Shown: positions 25,916 through 35,193 of the stretch, one piece after another
Layout: every line of letters starts with the position of its first letter
Numbering within the stretch: the stretch's first letter is position 1
Origin: an uncultured Candidatus Saccharibacteria bacterium
GTDB lineage: Bacteria > Patescibacteriota > Saccharimonadia > Saccharimonadales > EFPC-124
Assembly (NCBI GenBank): GCA_964447105.1
Contig: CAYURH010000001.1
Span: 3,139 to 67,138, forward strand
DNA length: 64,000 nucleotides
Reading direction: 5' to 3'
The notes under the pieces: model-generated
Database searches by the model: none
What the model was told of the DNA's origin: nothing
Seen by the model: only the letters and a program-made list of their open reading frames with translations
Program-made: the position numbers and the translations under genes

Positions 25916-27271
25916 TTAATTCTTTTTGAGAAATGCGTTGAGAGCATCACGCATCGAGGCCGTGGGGCGCAAGTATGCATGTTTTTTGCTCATGCGTGGC
26001 CCAATGGCAAACGTAAAGCCCAATTTTTTGGCTTCAGCCATACGTTTATCTGGCTGTAGCACGCTGCGGATTTCACCGCTTAGACCTACTTCACCAAACA
26101 CGACAGCTCCGGGGTCGAGCGCTAACTGTTTGGCGGCAGATGCTATAGCCATGCATACCGCCAAATCAGCCGCTGGGTCTTGTAGTTTGATGCCGCCTAC
26201 GACATTGATATAAATGTCGCTTTCAGATAATTGCAGCTTGGTGCGGCGCTCGAGCACAGCAACCAACAGGTTAAGGCGGTTAAGATCAAACCCTGAGGCT
26301 GTGCGCTTAGGATACCCGAAATGCGTCGGATTGACAAGTGCTTGAATTTCCACCAGCAGTGGGCGATTGCCTTCCATGGTAGCCAGCACCACTGACCCAT
26401 CGCTGCTCAAACGCTCTTCGAGCAGTGCAGCAGATGGATTAGTAACGGGGGTGAGCCCGGCGTCGTTCATCTCAAATATAGCTGCTTCGCTGGTAGAGCC
26501 GTAGCGGTTTTTGATAGCGCGCAACACCTTGAAACCGCCATATCTGTCACCTTCGAGGTTGAGCACAACATCCACCATGTGTTCCAGGACTTTTGGTCCA
26601 GCTATACTCCCCTCTTTGGTAACATGCCCCACCAGCAGCAGTGCGGTGTTGCTGGCTTTGGCAGCTTGCGTGAGCAGGTTGGCTGAATTGGTAATCTGCC
26701 CCACACTCCCTGGAGCCGAGGCGATGGCCGACATCGACAACGTTTGGATAGAGTCCACGATCACTAATTTGTAGGCTCCACTGCGGATGGTAGCAGCAAT
26801 GTCGTCGGCCGATGTCGATGATGCCAAATGCAAATCTTGGTGGCTCGCACCCAATCGCTGTGCTCGTACTTTTACCTGGCCTGCCGACTCTTCGCCACTT
26901 ATGTACAACACCGGTGCATGAACCGCGGCCTGCGACGACAGCTGCATGAGCAGCGTAGACTTACCAATACCTGGTTGGCCGGCGATCAGCACCACACTCG
27001 CAGGCACAATCCCCCCACCCAGTACCACATCAACATCTGGCAAACCCGTACTCAGGCGACCAGCTTGATCGCTCGGTGTCACAGCATCAATGGCTTGGGT
27101 GGCCAAAGCTTTGCCTTGACTACTCGACACAGCGTTGGCACCAACGCTGACTCCACCCGCTTCTTCGACAAAACTGTTCCACGCCCCACAGTTATCGCAA
27201 CGACCGGCCCATTTGGCCCGAATGGCGCCACATTGTTGACAGACAAACTGAGATATAGGTTTTTTCGGCAT
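25916..27271 (-). CDS. radA: DNA repair protein RadA/Sms
   Basis: Zinc finger CQQCGAIRAKWAGRCDNCGAWNSF, Walker A GQPGIGKSTL, KNRYG motif, and a Lon-like C-terminal domain. Confidence 0.95.
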   Translation of the reverse strand: MPKKPISQFVCQQCGAIRAKWAGRCDNCGAWNSFVEEAGGVSVGANAVSSSQGKALATQAIDAVTPSDQAGRLSTGLPDVDVVLGGGIVPASVVLIAGQPGIGKSTLLMQLSSQAAVHAPVLYISGEESAGQVKVRAQRLGASHQDLHLASSTSADDIAATIRSGAYKLVIVDSIQTLSMSAIASAPGSVGQITNSANLLTQAAKASNTALLLVGHVTKEGSIAGPKVLEHMVDVVLNLEGDRYGGFKVLRAIKNRYGSTSEAAIFEMNDAGLTPVTNPSAALLEERLSSDGSVVLATMEGNRPLLVEIQALVNPTHFGYPKRTASGFDLNRLNLLVAVLERRTKLQLSESDIYINVVGGIKLQDPAADLAVCMAIASAAKQLALDPGAVVFGEVGLSGEIRSVLQPDKRMAEAKKLGFTFAIGPRMSKKHAYLRPTASMRDALNAFLKKN

Positions 27272-27293
27272 ATATTTATAGTGTAACGGAACT

Positions 27294-27322
27294 TTGACTA
27301 AAACATAAATTAAACGTATAAT
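27294..27322 (+). promoter_or_regulatory. consensus sigma-70 promoter
   Basis: TTGACT-17 nt-TATAAT, followed by a GAAAGGAG RBS and the ATG at 27363. Confidence 0.5.
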
Positions 27323-27362
27323 ATTCCCCGGTAAACCTCAGGGATTGAAAGGAGCGGGACAC

Positions 27363-28286
27363 ATGTCCTCCTCTCTTGCTGGACCCGCCATGGTGGTGGG
27401 CACATTGCTCCTGGTCGTGCTGGCCGTATGGGTCGCAGCACGGTACCGGAGCAACCGCAAGGCCAAGTTCGAGCGTCAGAAGAAGATCGCCTTCGAATCC
27501 GTGCGCGAGCAGATCGAGTTACTGAGACAGGGCGATGACCAGATGTACGAGCTGCTGGGGGAGAGCCACAGCGAACTGTGGCGAGAGCTCTCCAGCAAGT
27601 ACGCAAACACGACCGGCTGGGCCAGCCTGGTCGACGCACGTGGTAGTGCAATCCGGGCCTACGAGCTGTCCACCGAGAAAGCGGTGCGCGATGAAACGCT
27701 CACCGCCTACACGACGTGGATGAGGTGCCCCGACGAACTGTCGGCGTACGAGGAGCTGCAGTTGTTCACGAGGTTCCTGGAGCTTCGGCGCGGGCTCCAG
27801 TACAGCATTGATGACGTCAACCGGGTAACCGGCGGCGACCTGCAGCTCACGGAGGTTCTGAACGACCTCCTGATGCGTACCATGGCCGAGTTGCGTACTG
27901 GCGCCGAAGCTGGATCACGCGAGGACTTCGAGAAGGCCCAGAACCTGCTCGACCAATGCGCGATCTACTTCTACCGCGGCCTTCACCCGGCGCACATCAA
28001 GCCCGGCGGCTGGAGCCGCATCGAGGCCCAGCACCTGCTGCGGATCAACCCAGACCATACCGACTACAAACCGCTGCGGGATGCTGGCGCACTGCTGGCA
28101 GCCCGTGAGGCACTGGCCTCCAGGAACGAAGGTGGGCAGCTCAACATCTGGCTGGTCAAGATGGTCCTGGCCTGGTGCCACAGCAACACGAGCATCCGAG
28201 CCCAGGTCGGCGATGACAACATCAACGCCTTGGCCGACCTGGTGCTGTACCATGCGCGACTGACGGGAATCCCCATCCCCGCCTGA
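27363..28286 (+). CDS. high-GC hypothetical protein with N-terminal membrane anchor and cytoplasmic domain, island family member 1
   Basis: MSSSLAGPAMVVGTLLLVVLAVWVAA followed by a polybasic stretch (RYRSNRKAKFERQKK), then about 270 aa. High GC3 codon usage. Confidence 0.55.
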   Translation: MSSSLAGPAMVVGTLLLVVLAVWVAARYRSNRKAKFERQKKIAFESVREQIELLRQGDDQMYELLGESHSELWRELSSKYANTTGWASLVDARGSAIRAYELSTEKAVRDETLTAYTTWMRCPDELSAYEELQLFTRFLELRRGLQYSIDDVNRVTGGDLQLTEVLNDLLMRTMAELRTGAEAGSREDFEKAQNLLDQCAIYFYRGLHPAHIKPGGWSRIEAQHLLRINPDHTDYKPLRDAGALLAAREALASRNEGGQLNIWLVKMVLAWCHSNTSIRAQVGDDNINALADLVLYHARLTGIPIPA

Positions 28287-28408
28287 CGCGCAACGCGCGT
28301 GGAGTGGGGTGCCAGAACGGCGCCCCACTCTGCGAAAAGAGGCATTATATTGACACCTTTCCCATAAGATACTTAAATACCACTACACCTAAGAAGGGAT
28401 GGTGACGG

Positions 28409-29341
28409 ATGTCGAGCCTCGACATCTTGGGCCTCACGGCGACAGCGTTGATCGTGATGGTCATGGCTGGAACCGTGCGGCTGGCCGCAAAGAAGCGCAC
28501 TCACAAGCGCGCCATACAGCAGCAAAAGAATGAGCAAGAAGCGTTCGAGAGTCGCCTGGCCACGGCGAGACTCGCCCAGGAACAGTGCGAATTCATGGCT
28601 CTGATCACTCGAGTACACCATTGTGATCGATCCGCTGTTGCGGCGCTGCAGAGCGAGCTGTGGGTTATCTACATCGAGCAGGACGCCGAGCGTCAACGGC
28701 TGGCAGCAAGCGCCATTGACTACTGCGAGCTGATGCTCGCTGGCTACGCCGCCAAAGACATGTTGATAGGCATCGACGTATTGGAGACGGATGCGCCAAT
28801 CAGCGAGCGAATTGAGCGACTCGACCAGCTGATCATGCACCTCTACAGAGTCAGCGAGGAGTGGCGCAGATGGATCTATGTAACCCATGGCATCTCCGTC
28901 GCAGTACTGGAAGAAGAGCTTGAAAAATGGGAAGGAGCATACCTGGCTGAGCTGGTAGAGCAAGCTCTGTCAGGCGACCTCGTCGCCATGCGCGAAGCCG
29001 TGAGGAGACACACGGAAGACGAGGATGCCGAGCCCGACTACTTCCCTGCCGGCTGGAACCAAGCGGTCCTGCTGCACTATGGTTACACCGCGGAGCCGTG
29101 GATGTGGGATCTGTCAGAGCTAGCCATTGTGCGGCAACCGATGGGTCTAGCCATGCTGGCCGGACAAGTACTCGTCTACGACGGGGGCACGTGGCTCAAC
29201 CGCCTACCACTCCATGTGGTGGGCTGGGCGGCCATCGTGCTGTCGCACGGCACAGAAGCTCGCGAGCAGGTGGGGGATCACGTTTGGGCTCAGCTCATGT
29301 TGGTGGTGGCTCACCACCAACAAGTTGGAGACGACATGTAG
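28409..29341 (+). CDS. high-GC hypothetical protein with N-terminal membrane anchor, island family member 2
   Basis: TM helix, then KKRTHKRAIQQQK. It shares short motifs with member 1 (AFES, QVGDD/QVGDH). Own promoter TTGACA-17 nt-TTAAAT and an AGAAGGGA RBS. Confidence 0.55.
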   Translation: MSSLDILGLTATALIVMVMAGTVRLAAKKRTHKRAIQQQKNEQEAFESRLATARLAQEQCEFMALITRVHHCDRSAVAALQSELWVIYIEQDAERQRLAASAIDYCELMLAGYAAKDMLIGIDVLETDAPISERIERLDQLIMHLYRVSEEWRRWIYVTHGISVAVLEEELEKWEGAYLAELVEQALSGDLVAMREAVRRHTEDEDAEPDYFPAGWNQAVLLHYGYTAEPWMWDLSELAIVRQPMGLAMLAGQVLVYDGGTWLNRLPLHVVGWAAIVLSHGTEAREQVGDHVWAQLMLVVAHHQQVGDDM

Positions 29342-29444
29342 CAACCGCCCACAGAGGGGCGTCGCCATACGCGCGACGCCCCTCTAGAATAGACTGAAAT
29401 TATATACCATGATATTATAACCACGCGCAAAATCACCACTACGA

Positions 29445-30158
29445 TTGCGAGGTCTCACGTTGCTGAGCCTTATCGTCGCCCTACTGGCGGTTGCAGCATG
29501 CATCATAACTGCTGGTGTGCTGCACCAGCGCCGTCGCTCACGCCGCACACGCAGCGAAAGGCTGCACGAAGCATTGACCGTATGGGGAGGCCAGTCGGGG
29601 TTCGTCACACCCATGGTGCGACTTACTCTGCTCCAAAACCTACTGGCCGCAATTACACAGACGGGCACCATGCCAGCGGGCTATTCACAAGGCGGCCTGC
29701 TCCTGGACCTCAACCCGTTACTCGAAGAATGCTCCGCGGAACTCTGGCAACAGGCCAGTCGACCGGGCGGCGAAGAGGCGCTCTTTGCGCTCTTCGACCT
29801 CATCGTCAGCACGGCGCCCAGTACCCAGCAGTACTACGGCCTGCAGCCCACAACACTGCAGTGGCCGACCGAGTACGAACGAGTTCTGTGTCTCATGGTG
29901 GATGTGCCAACGGTGGAGCAATTTCCGTCGCTCATTGGCAGCGACCTGCTGCGCACGATGACCGCCGAGCAGGCCCGGGTGATGCACGTCGATGCCATAG
30001 GGTATAACAACTGGGTGTTGGGGATCAAACTCCTGGCGCTCACCGAGCACCACAAACGCACCTGGGTCGAGTGGCCACGAACCGTGGATCATTTCCACCT
30101 GATCCAGATGATCATGCGCCTACGAGCCGCAGCGCGCGATGCCTGGCTGCAATCTTAG
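29445..30158 (+). CDS. high-GC hypothetical protein with N-terminal membrane anchor, island family member 3 (start uncertain, TTG)
   Basis: LLSLIVALLAVAACIITAGVL followed by HQRRRSRRTRSER, then about 200 aa. Confidence 0.45.
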   Translation: MRGLTLLSLIVALLAVAACIITAGVLHQRRRSRRTRSERLHEALTVWGGQSGFVTPMVRLTLLQNLLAAITQTGTMPAGYSQGGLLLDLNPLLEECSAELWQQASRPGGEEALFALFDLIVSTAPSTQQYYGLQPTTLQWPTEYERVLCLMVDVPTVEQFPSLIGSDLLRTMTAEQARVMHVDAIGYNNWVLGIKLLALTEHHKRTWVEWPRTVDHFHLIQMIMRLRAAARDAWLQS

Positions 30159-30166
30159 CGCACCCA

Positions 30167-30203
30167 CAGGCCCGAGCCGGGAACACTCCCGCGCTCGGGC
30201 CTG
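30167..30203. terminator. bidirectional GC-rich hairpin terminator
   Basis: CAGGCCCGAGC-N15-GCTCGGGCCTG, a perfect 11-bp stem between convergent genes. Confidence 0.55.
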
Positions 30204-30218
30204 GGCGTACAACAAAAC

Positions 30219-31208
30219 TTATTGTGCTGGAACTGGTTGGTACTGGCTATTCAAACTCTGATATAGATTATTTTGCGCTGCTGCTTCGTTATTGCGCGTG
30301 GCCACCAGCGCGTTGTACTGAGTTACTAAATCACGCGTCTTGATAGCAAGAGAATTATACGCATTTACTTGCGCGTTGTAGCCAGGTACAGCCTGATTGT
30401 ATGCGGCCACGTCTGACTGGCGTAATTGATCCAATTCGCTCGACCGCTGCTCAAGCGACTTCTTGCGTTCGTCGAGTTGAGTATAGTTAGTGTCGATCTG
30501 CTGTTTGATACTCGCCAACTGCTTATCATACGCCGCTATCCGTTCCTGGGACGCCGTAAAAATGGCGCGATAGGCTTGCGCATAGGCTACTACTTTGCTG
30601 CGATCGCTAAAATACTGACCGTAGTATTGCTCGAGCTCCGGGTCGAGCCCACTGTATTCGGTGCCGATGATGGAATGCATCTCGTTGAGTAAATCATCGG
30701 GTTCAGTACGACTATAAAGGGCGACAAGTTCATTTAGGTGGTCGTCGCGGATTTTGCCCAGCTGATCTTGTAGCAAGCCATTGACCCTACTCCGCGTTTC
30801 GCCGTCGAGCCGTTCATACGCAGCGTGAAGCATTTCGTGCGCTGCCGTCACCTCTTTGACACCGGCGAGCTGCGGGTTAACAACGTCAAAAATATAAATA
30901 TGCTGCGTCACATAACACCCCAGCACAATGGTTTGCTCACCCGTGCTGCTGCAGCTTTGATTAAATTTTTGGCTATCCTGCACTTGTGGGTCAGATACAT
31001 AAAACATATCGCGGCCCCGCCCAGTCATGCTCGTATTGTTTGCTAGTTGCAGCGCGGCCGCCGACGGCTTGTATTGCAGCAGCGCCCACCAATCCAATAC
31101 GGCCTGTTTGTTGAGCACTACCCACACTGCGCCAGCAATCAAAGCCAGGCTAACACCCAGGTTCACAATCCCCCAACCAACAGACCAACGCGAGCGAGTA
31201 ATAGGCAT
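30219..31208 (-). CDS. membrane-anchored putative zinc metallopeptidase (HExxH) with C-terminal coiled-coil, Q/N/Y-rich
   Basis: N-in TM anchor (RSRWSVGWGIVNLGVSLALIAGAVWVV), an HEMLH motif (VTAAHEMLHAAYERL), and a long heptad-like C-terminus. GC content is near the backbone level. Confidence 0.5.
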   Translation of the reverse strand: MPITRSRWSVGWGIVNLGVSLALIAGAVWVVLNKQAVLDWWALLQYKPSAAALQLANNTSMTGRGRDMFYVSDPQVQDSQKFNQSCSSTGEQTIVLGCYVTQHIYIFDVVNPQLAGVKEVTAAHEMLHAAYERLDGETRSRVNGLLQDQLGKIRDDHLNELVALYSRTEPDDLLNEMHSIIGTEYSGLDPELEQYYGQYFSDRSKVVAYAQAYRAIFTASQERIAAYDKQLASIKQQIDTNYTQLDERKKSLEQRSSELDQLRQSDVAAYNQAVPGYNAQVNAYNSLAIKTRDLVTQYNALVATRNNEAAAQNNLYQSLNSQYQPVPAQ

Positions 31209-31294
31209 TAGTTTTATTGTATCGCAGGTTTGACGTGATACAAATTTTAAATTATAGTATGCATTACGCTCAACGCTCATGAGAGGAAAATCGT

Positions 31295-31963
31295 ATGGAC
31301 GGGATACCGGGTTCGCTGCTCATCGGCGCGCTTGCAGTCATCATGCTGTCCGTGGTTTACGTCGGCTATCGCCGGCACGCAGCACGGAGGCGAAAAGGCC
31401 GTCAGCTGGCCCAGAAGTATCTGAATCGGCTCGTGGCCGACGCCAGCAAAGGCAAAGAGTACGCCCTCGACGAACTACGCCACGGCGCTAATGTCCACGA
31501 GCTGTTCATCAAGTTCGACACCGAGGAACGGCGTCTAGCAGCAATCGAGCAGGGCGAGCGAGTCCTGGCCGAGTACACGCCGCACGGCCACTCCTTGGTT
31601 GTGCTATTTAGCCGCTGGATGGACCCAGAGAGAGGCGGCTTCAACGCAGAGATGGAGGCGTGCTTGGAATTCTTCGCAGCGTACGACTCGCTGAAGTACT
31701 CCAAGCCACTGGCCTGTTCGAACATCGGCCTCACCCACGACGAGCTGATCATGAGCTTCAACAGCGCCGTGCGCACCACGTTCGCTGCCTACCTGGGTCT
31801 CGCCCGTACCAAGCGTGGTGACGAGCCGCGATTCCGGGCCGCATTGGACCTACTCAGTCAGGCCAACACCAGCTTCGACCTCAAGACCATCGTGGTCGAG
31901 CGGCTGGAACTACCGGACGACTGGGACGAGCTGTGCCTCCGGTACGGTGCGAACGAGCTGTGA
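31295..31963 (+). CDS. high-GC hypothetical protein with N-terminal membrane anchor, island family member 4
   Basis: LLIGALAVIMLSVVYVGY followed by RRHAARRRKGRQ. GAGAGGAAA RBS and promoter TTGACG-17 nt-TATAGT. Confidence 0.55.
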   Translation: MDGIPGSLLIGALAVIMLSVVYVGYRRHAARRRKGRQLAQKYLNRLVADASKGKEYALDELRHGANVHELFIKFDTEERRLAAIEQGERVLAEYTPHGHSLVVLFSRWMDPERGGFNAEMEACLEFFAAYDSLKYSKPLACSNIGLTHDELIMSFNSAVRTTFAAYLGLARTKRGDEPRFRAALDLLSQANTSFDLKTIVVERLELPDDWDELCLRYGANEL

Positions 31964-31979
31964 GTTTGTGAGCGACGAC

Positions 31980-32011
31980 GGGTACCGGGCGCATCTCCGC
32001 GTCCGGTACCC
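31980..32011. terminator. bidirectional GC-rich hairpin terminator
   Basis: GGGTACCGG-N14-CCGGTACCC between member 4 and clpC. Confidence 0.55.
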
Positions 32012-32023
32012 CAAATAGTAGTA

Positions 32024-34504
32024 TTATTCGCTTTTCAGACTGTAGGTGAGTTCACCTTTGCGTGCGCTCACCGCTATCACACTGCCTTTGGTATAGCGGC
32101 CTTCTAGCAAACCACTGGCGATTTCGTCTTCGACAGTATCTTGTAGCACGCGGCGCAGAGGACGCACTCCATTGTGAGCATCGTAACCTTGGTCGAGCAA
32201 TATTTTGCGAGCTTTGGCATCCACATCCACGGCTACACGTTGGCGATAGAGTCGCTTGCCCAGTTTGGCTAGCTCTACGTCCAAAATCTTGCGGACTTCG
32301 GTTTTGGTGAGCGCACGGAATACCAGAATCTTGTCGAGGCGGTTGATGAGCTCGGGGCGCATCATGCGCTTCAGATCCTCTTTGGCCACTTCTTCGTTCT
32401 GTTCGTGCACGTTTTGGAGTTCGTCCAAATCTTTTTTGGTCTGGGCGCGGAAACCCAAACTCGCTTCACGCTGCATTTTCTCGGCACCCAAATTGCTCGT
32501 AAGAATGATGATGGTATTGGTAAAATCTACTTTACGACCTTTGGCGTCGGTCAGACAGCCATCTTCCATGATTTGTAGCAGCACGTTGAAAATGTCTGGG
32601 TGGGCTTTTTCGATTTCATCGAACAGTACCAGACTATAGGGTTGACGCCGAACTTTTTCGGTGAGCTGCCCGGCGTCTTCGTAACCCACATAGCCGGCTG
32701 GTGCGCCCACCAAACGAGCAGCAGTGTGACGTTCGGCAAATTCGCTCATGTCGATTTTGATCAGTGCGCCCGCGGAGCCAAATAGTTCACGCGCGAGCAC
32801 CCGAGCTAGCTCAGTTTTACCCACACCAGTGGGGCCCATGAACATAAACGAACCAATTGGCCGCTTAGACTGACCAATGCCCGAACGGTTACGCCGAATA
32901 GCCCGCGACACAGCCGCGATAGCATCTTGCTGACCAATGATAGATTTGCCCAAATGTTTTTCCATGTTCAACAGATACGTCGCTTCGGATTTGATCACGC
33001 GTTCTACCGGCACACCGGTCATCATAGCTATCGTTCGAGTTACATCGTCGGCGGTGACAATGAGTTTTTTGCCTTTTTTGGTATCGGCACGCAATTCGCT
33101 AATTTTGGCGGTGATCTGGCTCATACGCGTTTTGTAGTGGGCTGCGCGTTCGTAGTCTTGCGCTTCTACAGCTTCTTCCATGTGGTGTGTCACGCCTTTG
33201 AGTTCACGATTGAGCCGACGGACTTCCACAGGTGCTTTGCCACGATCCACCTTGACTTGTGCTGCAGTTTCGTCCAACACATCGATGGCTTTGTCGGGCA
33301 TGAAACGGTCATTAATATACCGTTTGGCCAAGTGGGCTATGTCCGTCAACACTTCGTCTTCCACACTCACCCCGTGGTGTGATTCGTAGCGATGTTTCAG
33401 ACCTTTCAAAATAGCCACCGTGTCTTTGGTAGTAGGTTCGGGCACCATCACTGTCTGGAAACGACGCTCCAGAGCGGTGTCTTTTTCGATATGTTTACGA
33501 TATTCATCCAATGTGGTGGCGCCAATCAAGCGCAGCTGACCCCGTGCGAGCGCCGGTTTGAGCATGTTGGCCGCATCCATAGCGCCTTCGGCAGCACCAG
33601 CACCCACAAGCAAATGCAACTCATCGATAAATACGATCACATTTTTGTCGTTCACCAGCGTTTCGATCAGCTTCTTGAGCCGTTCTTCGAACTCACCGCG
33701 ATATTTGGTCCCCGCGATCATCCCCGCCAGGTCGAGCACAATGAGCCGCTTATCGAGCAGGTGCTCGGGCACATCTTCGATCGCAATTCGCTGCGCCAGA
33801 CCTTCGACAATAGCGGTCTTACCCACACCTGGTTCACCCAGCAGCACAGGATTATTTTTGGTGCGACGGCCAAGAACAGTGATAATGCGTTTGATTTGTT
33901 CATCGCGCCCCACTACCGGGTCTAGCTCGTTGGCACGTGCTTTGGCTGTAAGATCAATGCCAAAATAGTCCAAAATCGTTTGGTTTTTGTTGCGACGTGG
34001 CGCGGACTGTGTGGTATTGGCGCCGGGTTCGTCGTCTTGGCGCTGGTTGTTTAAATATTGCTCCAGCTCGTCCGTCAATTGGTCGACATCGACGTTCATG
34101 TCGCGCAATAATACGGTGGCGCGAGCGTTTTTTTGGGTCAGTATGCCGTAGAGCATATGCTCGGTACCGCAATAATCTTGGTTGAATTCTTGGGCGATGT
34201 CCCAGCTGAGTTTAAGCGTGAGTTTGGCGGTTTCACTCAAGCCTTTGGCGCCGACGCTCACTACCAACGCACGCGGCGTCAGATTGAGCGCCAACCGAGC
34301 GCGATCAAGCGTGACACCCATGTTGCTCAGCAGCTGTGACGCGACAGCGCCGTCTTGGCTCAATATACCCAGCAAAATATGTTCTGTGCCAATGTAGGCC
34401 GAACCAAGGGAACGAGCGATCCCGTTGGCATATTGCAAGCTCGAGCGAGCGTTGTCGGTGAGATGATTCACAAATTCCAGAAAGTCATCCTGAGACGGTA
34501 TCAT
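32024..34504 (-). CDS. clpC: ATP-dependent Clp protease ATP-binding subunit ClpC-like (class I Clp/Hsp100)
   Basis: Two Clp_N repeats and two AAA+ modules ([16 protein letters not shown]), 826 aa. Confidence 0.9.
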   Translation of the reverse strand: MIPSQDDFLEFVNHLTDNARSSLQYANGIARSLGSAYIGTEHILLGILSQDGAVASQLLSNMGVTLDRARLALNLTPRALVVSVGAKGLSETAKLTLKLSWDIAQEFNQDYCGTEHMLYGILTQKNARATVLLRDMNVDVDQLTDELEQYLNNQRQDDEPGANTTQSAPRRNKNQTILDYFGIDLTAKARANELDPVVGRDEQIKRIITVLGRRTKNNPVLLGEPGVGKTAIVEGLAQRIAIEDVPEHLLDKRLIVLDLAGMIAGTKYRGEFEERLKKLIETLVNDKNVIVFIDELHLLVGAGAAEGAMDAANMLKPALARGQLRLIGATTLDEYRKHIEKDTALERRFQTVMVPEPTTKDTVAILKGLKHRYESHHGVSVEDEVLTDIAHLAKRYINDRFMPDKAIDVLDETAAQVKVDRGKAPVEVRRLNRELKGVTHHMEEAVEAQDYERAAHYKTRMSQITAKISELRADTKKGKKLIVTADDVTRTIAMMTGVPVERVIKSEATYLLNMEKHLGKSIIGQQDAIAAVSRAIRRNRSGIGQSKRPIGSFMFMGPTGVGKTELARVLARELFGSAGALIKIDMSEFAERHTAARLVGAPAGYVGYEDAGQLTEKVRRQPYSLVLFDEIEKAHPDIFNVLLQIMEDGCLTDAKGRKVDFTNTIIILTSNLGAEKMQREASLGFRAQTKKDLDELQNVHEQNEEVAKEDLKRMMRPELINRLDKILVFRALTKTEVRKILDVELAKLGKRLYRQRVAVDVDAKARKILLDQGYDAHNGVRPLRRVLQDTVEDEIASGLLEGRYTKGSVIAVSARKGELTYSLKSE

Positions 34505-34552
34505 ATGTTTATTGTACCTCCAGCGCGATTGTCATAAATTTAGTATAAAAAA

Positions 34553-34579
34553 TTAGCACTCGTTGTGCAAGAGTGCTAA
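34553..34579. promoter_or_regulatory. CIRCE element (HrcA operator)
   Basis: TTAGCACTC-gttgtgcaa-GAGTGCTAA is a perfect match to the consensus TTAGCACTC-N9-GAGTGCTAA. It lies about 50 nt upstream of the clpC start codon. Confidence 0.6.
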
Positions 34580-34608
34580 TGCAAAAATCGTGCTACACTT
34601 TAATTGTC

Positions 34609-35151
34609 ATGGCCCAAAAGAAAAAAATATTCGCCATACGTCGTTCGACTATTATTTACAGCACCATTGTAATTGGCGCACTAATAGCGGCCCTTATATT
34701 TGGTAATATCAGACACTCCCTACAAGACCAGACTTTTAATAACCTACCAGCATGTAGCGGTAACACTACAACATCGTGCAAGCGAATAGTAAAAGTAACA
34801 GCGGATGAGGTCAATCCAAATTATGAAAATTTCTTCATCGATCCCGGCTGGCGCTTCCAAAGAAGTTATATGACTCGCATGGTTCTCGACACGCCTTTTG
34901 GGGAAGAGACCATTCTGACCGAACAGCGCTTTTACAACCTGCACTCAGGCGAGACATTCTATGCTTACGCCAACGACAATGACGTCATCGCCATAGAAGC
35001 GCCCGACGGTATCTATATTCTTCACAAGGTAGACCCACTTTATAACTGGCTACCGTCTCTGATACCATTTGCACTTCTCCTAGTCTCTTGGGGTATCTTT
35101 TGGATTTGGCGTCGAGCCTCACCCCAAAAAGTCACCACGTATAAAATATAA
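34609..35151 (+). CDS. hypothetical membrane protein (2 TM)
   Basis: Start at MAQKKK, preceded by an extended -10 (TGCTACACT). Low GC. Confidence 0.4.
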   Translation: MAQKKKIFAIRRSTIIYSTIVIGALIAALIFGNIRHSLQDQTFNNLPACSGNTTTSCKRIVKVTADEVNPNYENFFIDPGWRFQRSYMTRMVLDTPFGEETILTEQRFYNLHSGETFYAYANDNDVIAIEAPDGIYILHKVDPLYNWLPSLIPFALLLVSWGIFWIWRRASPQKVTTYKI

Positions 35152-35193
35152 AACTACCCGGAAGTCCGAGTAGTTTTATGCGTCTTAGCAGAT

